64,000 nucleotides of DNA from an uncultured delta proteobacterium (GCA_963843145.1 CAWJJC010000010.1:160001-224000), one strand, 5' to 3'; shown: positions 20,765 through 31,002, counted from the first letter of the stretch. Notes: generated by a model from the sequence alone, not told the origin. Made by a program: numbers and translations.

Positions 20765-21856
20765 ATGTCCGGCCTGGTTTTACCCCAAAAGCTGGTCAGT
20801 CAATTAATCGAGGCCGTTAAAACCGGGATCCTCCTGGCCGATAATGAGGGAACCATTCGTTTTGCCAATGAGTACCTGGGCGCGCTTCTGGAATACCCCA
20901 GGGATAGTCTGATCGGGAAGCCCCTGCACCATCTTTTTTTCCAGGAAGATGTCCCCGTTTTTCTGGCCAATATCATGAACCTGACCCTGAGGGACAAGGG
21001 CTTTGAGGGCGAGGTCCTTCTGCGCAAGGGGGGCGGGAGCACCCTTTTTGTCAAGCTTTCCACGGCTCGCTATCAGGAAGATTCACCCGAACGGGACATC
21101 CTTATTTTTACGCTCCAGGACGTCTCTCGATTTAAACAAATGGAAAAAAATCTTTTCTATTCGGAACGATTTGCGGGTCTGGGAAAAATGACCGATCAGA
21201 TCGCCCACCAAATCAGAAATCCGGTGGCTTCCATAGGCGGGTTTGCCCTTCGCCTGGCCAAGGAAAAAGTTCCCTATGAAATGTATACCCGCTATACGGA
21301 TATCATTTATACCGAGGCAATCCGTTTGGAACAGATCATCGACCGCCTGGTGGAATTCGCGCAAGTTTCTTCTCCGCGTTTCCGACCCATAAAGCTGGTT
21401 GAAATTTTCCAGGAGGTGCTCAAGACCCTGGCCCCGATTCAGGCAGCCAACCGGTCTCGGATCAGAATTCCCTCTTTGGAATTTTTACCGGAAACCACCC
21501 TTTACGGAGACCCCGGCCTGCTGGCCCAAGCGGTTCATTATTTGCTCCTGAATTCCCTGGAGGCCTCTTCCGATCCGGATGAAATTGAAGTATCGGGAAC
21601 GGTCCGGGACGATCAGGTGATCATCGAAGTCAAAGACCGGGGAGAAGGGGTCCTGCCCGAACACCTGCCTTTTGTTTTCGACCCATTTTTTTCCACCAAG
21701 TTCAATTACCTGGGTCTGGGCTTAACCACGGCCAAACGGATCGTCACCGAACATCACGGGCAGGTCGAAATTCTCAGTATCCCCAAAAAAGGCACGGAAG
21801 TGAGTCTGGTCTTTCCGAAAGATCGCCGTCGGCCCATAAGGACCCGGCTCATCTGA
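20765..21856 (+). CDS. Cytoplasmic PAS-domain sensor histidine kinase (orphan)
   Basis: PAS domain; H-box IAHQIRNP; N-box LLNS; DRGEG, FDPFFSTK, GLGL; RBS GGGAGG. The ORF-track start at 19970 is spurious. Confidence 0.9.
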   Translation: MSGLVLPQKLVSQLIEAVKTGILLADNEGTIRFANEYLGALLEYPRDSLIGKPLHHLFFQEDVPVFLANIMNLTLRDKGFEGEVLLRKGGGSTLFVKLSTARYQEDSPERDILIFTLQDVSRFKQMEKNLFYSERFAGLGKMTDQIAHQIRNPVASIGGFALRLAKEKVPYEMYTRYTDIIYTEAIRLEQIIDRLVEFAQVSSPRFRPIKLVEIFQEVLKTLAPIQAANRSRIRIPSLEFLPETTLYGDPGLLAQAVHYLLLNSLEASSDPDEIEVSGTVRDDQVIIEVKDRGEGVLPEHLPFVFDPFFSTKFNYLGLGLTTAKRIVTEHHGQVEILSIPKKGTEVSLVFPKDRRRPIRTRLI

Positions 21857-22055
21857 GGGACTTCGGGGCCCCGGCTGGCCCGCGAGAGATCAGATCCTGA
21901 ACCGGGCAATGAATCTATTATCGAGTTGTGCGCCAAGTGCTTCCGGACCGAAGTCTTTAGACCCCTGGCCTCATTGAGGACCGGCGGATAGTGGCGGAAA
22001 CCACTGCCAAGTTTCTTGAGAAACCAGGCTTTATTTACAGGAATGGACTTATACC

Positions 22056-22365
22056 TTACCGCATGACCCACTTTTGACCCGCCTCAATGGCAAACTGGCA
22101 TTCAAGGATCGGAGGCATTTCAGCCCTAAGCTTCCGAAAGTCCACTTCGGGATAGTCTCTGATCTTGACTCCGCCGGTCAAATTGAACCGGATAACCCGG
22201 TCTTCATCAAACCGCCAAAACTGACGCCTGATGGCCTCCAGGCATTCCTCCGAAGGGAGACCACCGGTCTGAATTTCGACCATCTCCCTATCATAAACCG
22301 GCAAGGGCACAAACCGGGTTTCAATCCGGTTATTGAGGACCTCGGCTTCGACAAACCCCTTGACG
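22056..22365 (-). pseudogene. C-terminal fragment of an SbcD/Mre11-like metallophosphoesterase
   Basis: KGFVEAEV..TRFVPLP pattern typical of the end of the nuclease domain; catalytic N-terminus absent. Confidence 0.45.
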
Positions 22366-22455
22366 AATATCTGGATTATTATAAAATAAAATAATTCGTG
22401 CACCAGGGGGTGCTTACTTGGCCCTCATCAGCGAAGACGAGGAGGAAGAACAGAA

Positions 22456-22986
22456 ATGCTGCCCTTTAAAAAAATCTTGTGCCCGACCGATTTCAGCGAT
22501 CCCTCTTACGAATCATTGAAAGCGGCAGCCGAACTGGCTGGTCATTTTTCGTCCGACCTGTATCTGGTGCACGTCATCCCGCCGATCCCCCTCTCTAATT
22601 TTATGAGTCCGGAAACGACGCCGGCCTTTGACTTTTCTCTCTACCAGGAAGAACTGAAAAAGGGCTCTGAAAAAAACCTGCAGGAGGTAATCGAGCGAAG
22701 GTTACCCAAAGGCCTTTCGGTCCATCCCCTGGTCGTGCTCGGCCATCCCGTCGAGGAAATCCTTCGACTCGCCCAGGATCAAAAAATGGATCTTATCGTG
22801 ATTGCCACGCACGGCCGTACCGGATTGCCGCATTTCCTCTTCGGTTCGGTGGCCGAAAAAGTCGTCCGGCTTGCGCCCCTCCCGGTGCTGATCGTGTCAG
22901 CGCCCCATGGAAAACCGGAGGAACTGAACCTTTCCAGAAGAGAATTTCTGGGTCTTTCGACTCCGGACGAAATTGGAAAAGTTTAA
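22456..22986 (+). CDS. Universal stress protein
   Basis: KILCPTDFS..LVHV..DLIVIATHGRTG..FGSVAEKVVR. Confidence 0.93.
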   Translation: MLPFKKILCPTDFSDPSYESLKAAAELAGHFSSDLYLVHVIPPIPLSNFMSPETTPAFDFSLYQEELKKGSEKNLQEVIERRLPKGLSVHPLVVLGHPVEEILRLAQDQKMDLIVIATHGRTGLPHFLFGSVAEKVVRLAPLPVLIVSAPHGKPEELNLSRREFLGLSTPDEIGKV

Positions 22987-23159
22987 GAGCCGGATCAGAA
23001 GTGGAATGATCTTGAGACCAATTGAAATTTTGACATCGCCCCCTGGAGGGTCAACCATACATTCCCATCCGGAAAATCCCAGGGTCGGCTGAACCCAATA
23101 AGGTTTTTATTGTAGTCGGATAAAGCAGTTAGCTCTCCTTTACCTCAAATTCATTTTGT

Positions 23160-23175
23160 GGGCATCGATCTTGCT
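23160..23175 (+). promoter_or_regulatory. Possible sigma54 (-24/-12) promoter
   Basis: GGGCATCGATCTTGCT matches GGCA-N6-TTGC spacing. Confidence 0.4.
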
Positions 23176-23281
23176 TTATTTTCTGGTAAAAAGACGCTAT
23201 ATGTGGTATTAAATTATTTAATTACCCCTATATGTATGCAGTTACTATGAACCAGCGGCCCGGAGGGAACGCGCAATAATC

Positions 23282-23473
23282 ATGTTTATCGTAATCTGTT
23301 CCTGGTGCAATCGGGAGATCAGCCGGTTACCCGGAAAGGATGCGGTCTCCCATGGGATCTGCCGCTCCTGTTATGAGAAGACCATGGAGGAGGTCAGGTC
23401 CTTTGTACCTCGGAAGATCGAATTAATTAAAAGACCCGCTTCGGTGAACAATACCCTGGTGGAACAGCTCTGA
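23282..23473 (+). CDS. Small Cys/His zinc-finger-like protein
   Basis: CSWC..SHGICRSC; GGAGG RBS. Confidence 0.65.
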   Translation: MFIVICSWCNREISRLPGKDAVSHGICRSCYEKTMEEVRSFVPRKIELIKRPASVNNTLVEQL

Positions 23474-23582
23474 CCCCCGATCGGCAGCACCTGAAATTCC
23501 TCCTGTCCGGAGAGAGATCATCTCCCCCGGCAGTCGCCCCCCCTTGCTGCCCTGGAGCCCGTTCGTTCCGGGCGCGGGCAAC

Positions 23583-23690
23583 TTACCTCAGTATTCGCTG
23601 CAGGGCCGCCAATAGCCGGTCCACGTTTTCCTTTCGGGCCGTGTGTCCCATGAGCAGAATTTCTTCGATGCCTTCCAGTAAGTTTTCCAT
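23583..23690 (-). CDS. 35-aa small protein (MENLLEGIEEILLMGHTARKENVDRLLAALQRILR)
   Basis: GGAGGAAAAGT-ATG start, TAA stop; absent from the ORF track. Confidence 0.5.
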   Translation of the reverse strand: MENLLEGIEEILLMGHTARKENVDRLLAALQRILR

Positions 23691-23877
23691 ACTTTTCCTC
23701 CGGTTGATGGCAGATGAAACTTCCCCATTCATATTAAATAACTCAGGAATTAAGAAAAAGGAAGTTGGATCTTAATAGTGTCCGGCAGGGGTTACAACTA
23801 CCTTTGATCGACAATTCCCAAAACCAAGGGAAGGATTTGGGCGGGCAAATATGATCCAGCGGTAGTCATCTTCGGTT

Positions 23878-25179
23878 TTATTGGGTGAGCGCCGGTAAAA
23901 TGAGAGCCAGTTTGGGGAAGAGCATTAAGAGGATGGCATTGATGATGATGGCGATCAGAAAGGGGAAGATCCCCTTAAAGATGGTCTCCAGGGGGAGCTC
24001 CGGAGCGATTCCTTTAATCACATAGACGTTGACCCCCACCGGGGGGGTAATGACCCCCATTTCACTGATCAGGACCACCATGACCCCGAACCAGATCGGG
24101 TCGAAGCCGAAACGGAGGACGACCGGATAGATGACCGGGACGGTCAGGACCACGAGGGCCATGGAGTCCATAAAACAGCCACCCACCAGATACATGAAAA
24201 GGATAATCCCCATAATCACGAACGGCGGCACGGGGAGCCCCGAGACCCAATCGGCCAGAATAAAGGGGATGGTGGTAACCGCCATGAAATGGCCGAAGAG
24301 CACGGCACAGGCGATAATGCACAGAACCATGCAGGAGGTCCGCAGTCCGCTCTGGGTCGCTTCCAGAAATACCCGCCAGTTAAACTCCCGGCGCACCAGG
24401 CCGATCACCAGGGCGCCGGCCGCCCCGATTCCTCCGGCCTGGGTGGGGGTAAACCAGCCCCAAAACAGTCCCCCGATCACCAGGCCGAATAAGAGAACGG
24501 ATTCCCCGGCGTTTAAGGTCGCTTTTATCTTCACCCGCCAGGGTACCGAGTCCCCCCGGGGGGCCATCTCCGGATGGCGCCAGCAGATGAAGGCCACGGT
24601 CAGGACGAACAGGAAGGTCAGGATCAGGCCGGGGATGATCCCGGCCACAAAGAGCTTGCCGATGGATTGCTCGGTGATGATGCCATAGACCAGAAAGATG
24701 GTGCTGGGAGGGATCAGGATCCCCAAGGCCCCGGCGCTGGCGACACAGCCGGCGGCCAGCGTATCGGCATAGCCATAGCGTTTCATCTCGGGCAGGGCGA
24801 TCTTGCCGATGGTGGCGGCGGTGGCGGCGGTGGAACCGCAGATGGCGGCAAACCCCCCGCAGGCCAGGACCGTGGCGATGGTCAAGCCCCCCCGCAGGCT
24901 GCCCATCAGGGCATAAGCGGCATCATAGAGTCTTTTCCCGATCCCGGCCGCGAAGGAGAAAGAACCCATGAGGATAAACATGGGGATGGCGCTCAGCGGG
25001 AAGGAAGAGAATTGTTCAAAAATATCCCGGGCCAGCAGCTTGCAAGCCGCCGGAAAGGAAACCAGGACGGAAAAGCCCGCCAAACCGACAAAGGCCATGG
25101 CAAAGGCGACGGGTAAACGGATTAAAAAGAGAAAGACCAGAAAGACGATGCCCAGGAGTCCAAGGCTAACGGGATCCAT
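23878..25179 (-). CDS. dctM: TRAP transporter large permease
   Basis: AIPMFILMG, GILIPPS, FTPTQAG, DPIWFG, ITPPVG. Confidence 0.93.
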   Translation of the reverse strand: MDPVSLGLLGIVFLVFLFLIRLPVAFAMAFVGLAGFSVLVSFPAACKLLARDIFEQFSSFPLSAIPMFILMGSFSFAAGIGKRLYDAAYALMGSLRGGLTIATVLACGGFAAICGSTAATAATIGKIALPEMKRYGYADTLAAGCVASAGALGILIPPSTIFLVYGIITEQSIGKLFVAGIIPGLILTFLFVLTVAFICWRHPEMAPRGDSVPWRVKIKATLNAGESVLLFGLVIGGLFWGWFTPTQAGGIGAAGALVIGLVRREFNWRVFLEATQSGLRTSCMVLCIIACAVLFGHFMAVTTIPFILADWVSGLPVPPFVIMGIILFMYLVGGCFMDSMALVVLTVPVIYPVVLRFGFDPIWFGVMVVLISEMGVITPPVGVNVYVIKGIAPELPLETIFKGIFPFLIAIIINAILLMLFPKLALILPALTQ

Positions 25180-25681
25180 GCTTCACCACCTGGGACAAGG
25201 ACTGGACCACTTCCAAAAGAAAAACCAGACAGACGGGCACGGCCGAGAGCGCGATCAAAAAGGCAAAGGGGTAAAAGGGGACCCGGGAGGTGGACCCGAT
25301 TTCCCCGGCTTTCAGCAGGGACTGACCGTAGAGCAGGCTCTGCCAGGCCAGCAGGGCAAAAACCGCCAGCCCCAGCAGGGAGCTGAAAGCGCTGATCAGT
25401 CCCCGGGGTCGGGGAGATAACCGGTCTAACAGGAAGTCCACCCGGATATGCTGGCCTTTCAAAAGGACGTAGGCGATCGGCGGGGCGATGGCCACTACCT
25501 GAAAAAAGCCAATCACTTCGACGGCCCCGGGCATCGGCCAAAGAAGCAGTTTCGCCCCGACCACATCGACCAGATTGACCACAAACATGGCCAGAAAGCC
25601 AAACAACCCCACCCATTCCAAGGAGCGGCTCAGCGTGGTAATGAGCCGCTCCAGGGTACCTTGACGGTTGAGCACTTCCAT
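25166..25681 (-). CDS. dctQ: TRAP transporter small permease
   Basis: Four TM segments, HIRVD motif. Confidence 0.9.
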   Translation of the reverse strand: MEVLNRQGTLERLITTLSRSLEWVGLFGFLAMFVVNLVDVVGAKLLLWPMPGAVEVIGFFQVVAIAPPIAYVLLKGQHIRVDFLLDRLSPRPRGLISAFSSLLGLAVFALLAWQSLLYGQSLLKAGEIGSTSRVPFYPFAFLIALSAVPVCLVFLLEVVQSLSQVVKHGSR

Positions 25682-25695
25682 GGGGTTCCGTGGCC

Positions 25696-26763
25696 CTATT
25701 TCACCCGCACGGCGGCCGGACCGGTGGCGGACTTGACCCCCGCTTCGATTTGCTTTTTGGTCCAGAAATCGATCCGTTGTCCGATGAAGTCCAGCCAGCT
25801 CCGGACTTCCGGCTCCGGGTAGCCGACGCCGACCATGGATTTGACGTACTTATCCAGGACCGGATGCACGGCTTGCTTCCAGCGCGTGACCTGGTCCGGG
25901 GACAACTCCGAAATCTTCAGCCCTTTTTCCAGACCGTATTTTTTGCCATCGGTATCGGCGTTGTTCCACATGACCGCGAATTTTTCTTCGAAGGGATATT
26001 CATTGAAAATCTTTTGGATGTCGGGCGGAAGCTTGGCCCAGACCTCCTTGTTCATGATCAGGTAAAAGGTATACACCTGGCCGATAGGCCAACATTCCGT
26101 GGCGTATTTGGCCACCTCGGCCAACCGAAAGGCTCTCAGGGTTTCCATGGGGATCAGCAGCCCGTCGATCACATGTTTGCTGACCGCTTCATAGGCCTCC
26201 GGCATGGGGATGGCCCGGGCCGTCCCGCCCAGGGCCGTGACCGATTCGGCGATATACCCCAGTCCCCGCAGCGTCATGCCCTTCAGGTCTTCCAATTTCA
26301 TTACCGGCTTGGTGGCCGACAGGACCACGTTCGGCGGGCTGGTATGCATGGAGAGCATATGAATCTTGTCCCATTCCTTGGGTTTGAATTTCCGGAAATA
26401 ATCGTTGGCGACATGATTGGCCACCCAGGCATCGGGAAAGCCGATGGGCAGGTCCAGGGCTTCGGTCTCCTTGAAACGACCGAAGGTATAGGCGACGTTG
26501 GAAAGTCCGATATCCCCGATCCCTTCCACGACCCCGTCGTACATCTTAGGGGCGCTGAGCAGGGTGCCTCCGGGGAAATAGCGGAACTTCACCCGGCCGC
26601 CCGTTCGGGCCTCCAGGTCTTTGATCATTTCTTCGCAAATCTTGGATTGATTCGAGGGGGCCGGAAAGTAATTGCAGAATTTCAACTCGATGGCCGCCGA
26701 GGCGAGGGAAGGTACCACCAAACCCAAAACCAGTAGACAGGAAACAAATAGCTTCTTGCTCAT
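25696..26763 (-). CDS. dctP: TRAP transporter substrate-binding protein
   Basis: Signal peptide, RTGGRVK..PGGTL, LEDLKG.TLR; ATG 26763 with AGGAGG. Confidence 0.9.
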   Translation of the reverse strand: MSKKLFVSCLLVLGLVVPSLASAAIELKFCNYFPAPSNQSKICEEMIKDLEARTGGRVKFRYFPGGTLLSAPKMYDGVVEGIGDIGLSNVAYTFGRFKETEALDLPIGFPDAWVANHVANDYFRKFKPKEWDKIHMLSMHTSPPNVVLSATKPVMKLEDLKGMTLRGLGYIAESVTALGGTARAIPMPEAYEAVSKHVIDGLLIPMETLRAFRLAEVAKYATECWPIGQVYTFYLIMNKEVWAKLPPDIQKIFNEYPFEEKFAVMWNNADTDGKKYGLEKGLKISELSPDQVTRWKQAVHPVLDKYVKSMVGVGYPEPEVRSWLDFIGQRIDFWTKKQIEAGVKSATGPAAVRVK

Positions 26764-26882
26764 GACTGTAAACCTCCTGGGAATAAATGAATGGAACGGG
26801 AGTTGCCTGACTTTTCCAATAAAGGGAATGAACACCCGATTGGTTGGCGATTGAAACCGATTCACCTCCTTTCCACTAGGAA

Positions 26883-26940
26883 TAGATTCTTACATCCATT
26901 GTTCCGAGAATTGGTCTCTAACAATGGATGTAAGAATCTA
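26883..26940. repeat. 21-bp perfect inverted repeat
   Basis: TAGATTCTTACATCCATTGTT-N16-AACAATGGATGTAAGAATCTA. Confidence 0.85.
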
Positions 26941-27027
26941 AATTAAAAAACGTTATCTTTAAATCTGTTAAGTGGTTTTTATTACAGCCAAAAAGATTTT
27001 AAATATTTTTGGCTAGTATTAGTAACA

Positions 27028-27213
27028 TTAAACCACTTCTTTAAGGTCGCTGAAATTGATTTCCAGCATTTTTGCGCTGGCCAGAATTCGCTGAGCATTG
27101 CAATCCACGGCCTGGATCCCCTCTGATAAATCTTTTAGTTGTAAGGCGGCCTTTTTGATGATCTGGATTTGACTATCAATTTGTTCAAGGGCCTCGAGTT
27201 CCTGTTGATTCAT
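27028..27213 (-). CDS. Small helical hypothetical protein
   Basis: ..GIQAVDCNAQRILASAKMLEINFSD; GGAG RBS. Confidence 0.6.
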   Translation of the reverse strand: MNQQELEALEQIDSQIQIIKKAALQLKDLSEGIQAVDCNAQRILASAKMLEINFSDLKEVV

Positions 27214-27260
27214 GATAGGGTCTCCACTTTTTCCCAAATAAATCCTCATTCCTATTATTC

Positions 27261-28601
27261 TTACTTTCGCAAGTCCTTAAATCTCTTGGCCTTGCCTTCC
27301 GGACGGGGTAACGTCTGAAAAGGATGAATTTCAATGTGATAATTCAGGTTGGTCTGGAGTCTCAATTGATTTTTTAAACGAGCCAAGCTCTCTTCCGGAA
27401 CTCTTTCCTGATCGCGCAGGGTCTCCACCTTTAAGGTTATATCGTCCGTATCCCCTTTCTTGGTGACGACCACTTCGTATTCGTCTCCCAACTCGGGAAA
27501 ACTGCGGACCACTTCTTCTATGGCCGAGGGCGACAGCAGGACCCCCTTAACCTTGGTGATATCATCCGCCCGCCCGGAAACCCCGCCTTTAAATAGCCGG
27601 AAGCTCCTCCCGCAGGGGCAGGGAGTATCGGCCCATTCGACCAGGTCCTTGGAATCAAAACGGATGCAGGGTTGGGCCATACGATCCAGGGCCGTGATGA
27701 CCATCTTCCCCTTTTGGCCCGGTTCGGTTATGGGTTTCCCGGTGATCAGGTCCTCCACTTCCACCAGGAAAAGGGCTTCGTTAATATGAATCCCCGATTG
27801 CTCCTGGCATTCGTATCCCCAGGCCCCGATCTCAGTGGCTCCCACGTGATCATAGACCTTGGCCCCCCAGGCCTCTTCCATCCTTTTCCGCGTGTGGGGG
27901 ATACTGGCCCCGGGTTCACCGGCGCAGACGATCTTTCTGATGGTCAAGTCTTTGGCCGGGTTGATATTCATACGGTTTTTGGCCGCATCGGCCATGGTCA
28001 GCACATAACTGGGAGTGGCCAGCATGGCGGTAGCCTGGAGTTCCTGGATCTTGAGGATCCGGGCGGCCGTGTCCAAAACCCCTCCGGGCACCACCTCACA
28101 TCCTATTTTTTCCGCCGCGTAATGGGCGGCCCAGAAGGCCACAAAGACATTATAGCCAAAGGGCAGGAAGACCCGATCGGTCTTGCGAAAACCCTGGGCA
28201 TAGAGGATATAGGCCCAGGACTCGGCCCACCACTCCCAATCCTGCCAGGTATCCGGCTGATAAACCGGTTGGCCGGTGGTGCCGCTGGTCTGCCGAAATT
28301 CGACCACCTCTTCCAAAGGGACGCAAAGGGCCTCCCCGTAAGGAAAAGGATTTTTGCGCTGGATGGAGCGCATCATGGCCTTTTCCACTTTGGGGACTTT
28401 TTGAATATCTTCATACGTCCGGATGTCCCCGGGCTCCAGCCCGACTTCCTGATACAGACGCCGATGGAACTTTGACCGCTCGTAGGCCCATTCAACGATC
28501 TTTTTGAATTTCCGAAGCTGAAGGGCGCGCAATGGCTCTTGCGGAAGTCGCTCCATCAGGGGGTTCCAATATTTATTCGCGTCTGCAGCCAAGGGTCTCA
28601 T
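27261..28601 (-). CDS. Phenylacetate-CoA ligase (PaaK/FtsA-like) family protein
   Basis: QTSGTTGQP, AGEPG, GATEIG, GRADD..VKGV, EGKAKRF. Confidence 0.9.
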   Translation of the reverse strand: MRPLAADANKYWNPLMERLPQEPLRALQLRKFKKIVEWAYERSKFHRRLYQEVGLEPGDIRTYEDIQKVPKVEKAMMRSIQRKNPFPYGEALCVPLEEVVEFRQTSGTTGQPVYQPDTWQDWEWWAESWAYILYAQGFRKTDRVFLPFGYNVFVAFWAAHYAAEKIGCEVVPGGVLDTAARILKIQELQATAMLATPSYVLTMADAAKNRMNINPAKDLTIRKIVCAGEPGASIPHTRKRMEEAWGAKVYDHVGATEIGAWGYECQEQSGIHINEALFLVEVEDLITGKPITEPGQKGKMVITALDRMAQPCIRFDSKDLVEWADTPCPCGRSFRLFKGGVSGRADDITKVKGVLLSPSAIEEVVRSFPELGDEYEVVVTKKGDTDDITLKVETLRDQERVPEESLARLKNQLRLQTNLNYHIEIHPFQTLPRPEGKAKRFKDLRK

Positions 28602-28632
28602 CGTAACCTCGATCGGATCCGTTCAATCTTCT

Positions 28633-28651
28633 TGTTTCATCTAATGAAACA
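28633..28651. promoter_or_regulatory. Candidate IclR operator
   Basis: Palindrome TGTTTCATCTAATGAAACA ~30 nt upstream of the ligase start; related TTCACCTAGTGAA at 29558-29570 just upstream of iclR. Confidence 0.55.
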
Positions 28652-28754
28652 TCTGGTTCATTGGATGATCCTAGCGAACTTCTCCCAAACCTGTCAAGCA
28701 CTAAATAGGGACCCCCTGGAATAAAATTTATTTTGGGCCGGGTCGCACCTTTCT

Positions 28755-29552
28755 TTAGAGGGCGGACTTTCTTTCAGGATAGCCTATGGCCCTGGAAATA
28801 TTCAGGCCCGTTTTCGAGGCCTCTGTAAGAATCTTCTTCATTCCCCTGGGATCAACGGCAGAAGAGATGAAACAGACGGCTAAGCTGGCGACAACCTTTC
28901 CCCGGAAATCGCGAATCGGGACGGCCAACCCGGTAATGCCTTCAAAGGTCCTTTCCTCATCGACGGCATAGCCCTCCTCCCGCACCTGGGCAAGCCATTT
29001 TTTGTACTCTTCCTTTTTGGTAAACGATTTTTTGGTGTTTGCCTTTAGCGGGTTTTTCTCCAGCAGAATATCGACTTCGAGGTCGGGCAAATGGGCCATC
29101 AGCATGGGGCCCAACATTCCCCAATAGGGGGGACGGCGGGTGCCGATCTTCGAGGTAAAGGTGATCGGATTTTGCGCATCCTCTCTCTTGTCGATGTAAA
29201 TCAATTCCCCCTGCTCCAAGATGGCCAGGAATAATGTTTTCCCCAGCTTCTGATGCAATTGGTCCAAATAGGGAGAGGCTATTTTTCTCAGGGAGAAAGA
29301 ATGAAAAACAATACTCCCCAACTCGAACAAGCGGAAGCCCAGAGAATACTCCTTGGTGGTAGGGTCCTGATTGAGAAAGCCGTATTTACCCAGCGTCGAA
29401 CACAGTCTTAAAACCGTGGCCCGGGAGAGATCCAGAATCTCCGAGAGTTGACTCAAGGTGAGCAGTTTCCTCTCGCCGGTAAAGGCGTTCAGGATTTGCA
29501 GGGCCCTTTCCAGGGACCTGTTGTAGAAAGTTTCTTTTTTATTCAGTGACAT
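28755..29552 (-). CDS. IclR-family transcriptional regulator
   Basis: NRSLERALQIL HTH, EEGYAVD, LAVPIRD. Confidence 0.93.
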   Translation of the reverse strand: MSLNKKETFYNRSLERALQILNAFTGERKLLTLSQLSEILDLSRATVLRLCSTLGKYGFLNQDPTTKEYSLGFRLFELGSIVFHSFSLRKIASPYLDQLHQKLGKTLFLAILEQGELIYIDKREDAQNPITFTSKIGTRRPPYWGMLGPMLMAHLPDLEVDILLEKNPLKANTKKSFTKKEEYKKWLAQVREEGYAVDEERTFEGITGLAVPIRDFRGKVVASLAVCFISSAVDPRGMKKILTEASKTGLNISRAIGYPERKSAL

Positions 29553-29642
29553 AGATATTCACCTAGTGAAATTTTTCTTACGCTAATAACATCCAGCCTG
29601 ATTGTCAACTGCTATTTACCCTGGCTAATCGGACGCGCCGCC

Positions 29643-29956
29643 TTATTGGAGCCCGAAAAATGCCGGAAGAAAGGTGGACAGGGCCGGAAAAAAAGGATCA
29701 CCAGCAGGGCCGCCGCCATAATAGCTACAAAAGGAAGCACCGATTTGGAAATATCCTCCAGGGAAAGGCCGGCGATATTGGCGATCACATAGAGATTCAC
29801 CGCCACCGGGAGGGGGGTGATCTGACCGATCGCCAGATTGAAGGAATAGCGGATAAAATAACGGGTCAGGACATTGACAAAGGCCAGGAGGCACATAAGA
29901 AGGAGAAGAAAAACGCCGGCCGCCTCCTCCCCCTGTTCGGAGATCTTCTTGCGCAT
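29643..29956 (-). pseudogene. Deletion-fused dctQ(N-term)/dctM(C-term) remnant
   Basis: EEAAGVFLLLLMCLLAFVNVLTRYF (DctQ start) joined directly to NLAIGQITP..VNLYV..VLPF (DctM end). Confidence 0.75.
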
Positions 29957-29970
29957 AGCGGGAAACCGTT

Positions 29971-31002
29971 TTATTTCCTTTTCCCCGCCTGCTGCACCTC
30001 CTTTTCAGCCATTTTGACCAGATCCGAACCTATTTCCTTCTCCCACTTATCATAGACCGGCCTGGTTTTGGTCACAAAGGCCTGACTCTGAACGGGCGAA
30101 AGGACCGTCACCTCCATGCCGTTTTTTCTCAACTGATCCAGGGCCGGCCTGGTCCCCTCCAGCCCTTCACGGGCACCTTTCTTCTGCCAGGCCGCTACCT
30201 CCTCGGCCGCTTTTTTGATGGCCTCTTTGTCCTTCAGCGGGAGACCGTCCCAGACCTTTTTGCTCATTCCCAAGATCAGGGGATCGATGGCGTAGCCCCA
30301 AACCGTCATGTATTTTTGGACCTGCCAGAGCTTGTTGGGGATAATGACCGAAACGACCGGATTTTCCTGGCCGTCAACCGTTCCCTGCTGGAAGGCCGAA
30401 AGGGCTTCACCCCAGTTCATAGAGACGGGGTTGGCGCCCAGGGCTTTAAAGGTATCGATAAAGATGGGTGAGCCCACCACCCTGATTTTAAGACCCTCGA
30501 GGTCCGCGGGTTTCTTCACGGTTCGTTTGCTGTTGGTCAGATCCCGGTAACCGTTTTCTCCCCAACCGAGAACCATCACCCCTTTGTCTTCAATAATCCT
30601 GGAAAGGCGTTTTCCGGTTTCGCCGTTTTCCACGGCGTCCAGGGCCTTGTAGCTGGGAAAGAAAAAAGGCAGGGAAAAGAGATTGAGCTCCTTGATGGTC
30701 GTGGACCAGTTGATGGTCGACCCGAGGGCAAAGTCGATGACCCCCTGCTTCATCAGAAGAAATTCATTGGTCTGCTTCCCGGCGAAGAGTTGCCCGCTGT
30801 AATAGGGTTTAATGTTGATCCGGCCGTCCGTGGCCTTTTTCACCGCTTCGGCGAATCGGGCCGCAGCCTCCCCCCAGGGTCCGGTAGTGCCCACCACAAT
30901 ACTCATTTTATATTCCGGCTTATAGGTCGCGCCCAGCCCCAAAGAGACCACTCCGAAGAGCAGGATAACGAGTACCGACCACCCAAGAAATTGTTTTCCC
31001 AT
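29971..31002 (-). CDS. dctP: TRAP transporter substrate-binding protein
   Basis: Signal peptide, WGENGYR, GLKIRV, VDGQENP. Confidence 0.92.
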   Translation of the reverse strand: MGKQFLGWSVLVILLFGVVSLGLGATYKPEYKMSIVVGTTGPWGEAAARFAEAVKKATDGRINIKPYYSGQLFAGKQTNEFLLMKQGVIDFALGSTINWSTTIKELNLFSLPFFFPSYKALDAVENGETGKRLSRIIEDKGVMVLGWGENGYRDLTNSKRTVKKPADLEGLKIRVVGSPIFIDTFKALGANPVSMNWGEALSAFQQGTVDGQENPVVSVIIPNKLWQVQKYMTVWGYAIDPLILGMSKKVWDGLPLKDKEAIKKAAEEVAAWQKKGAREGLEGTRPALDQLRKNGMEVTVLSPVQSQAFVTKTRPVYDKWEKEIGSDLVKMAEKEVQQAGKRK

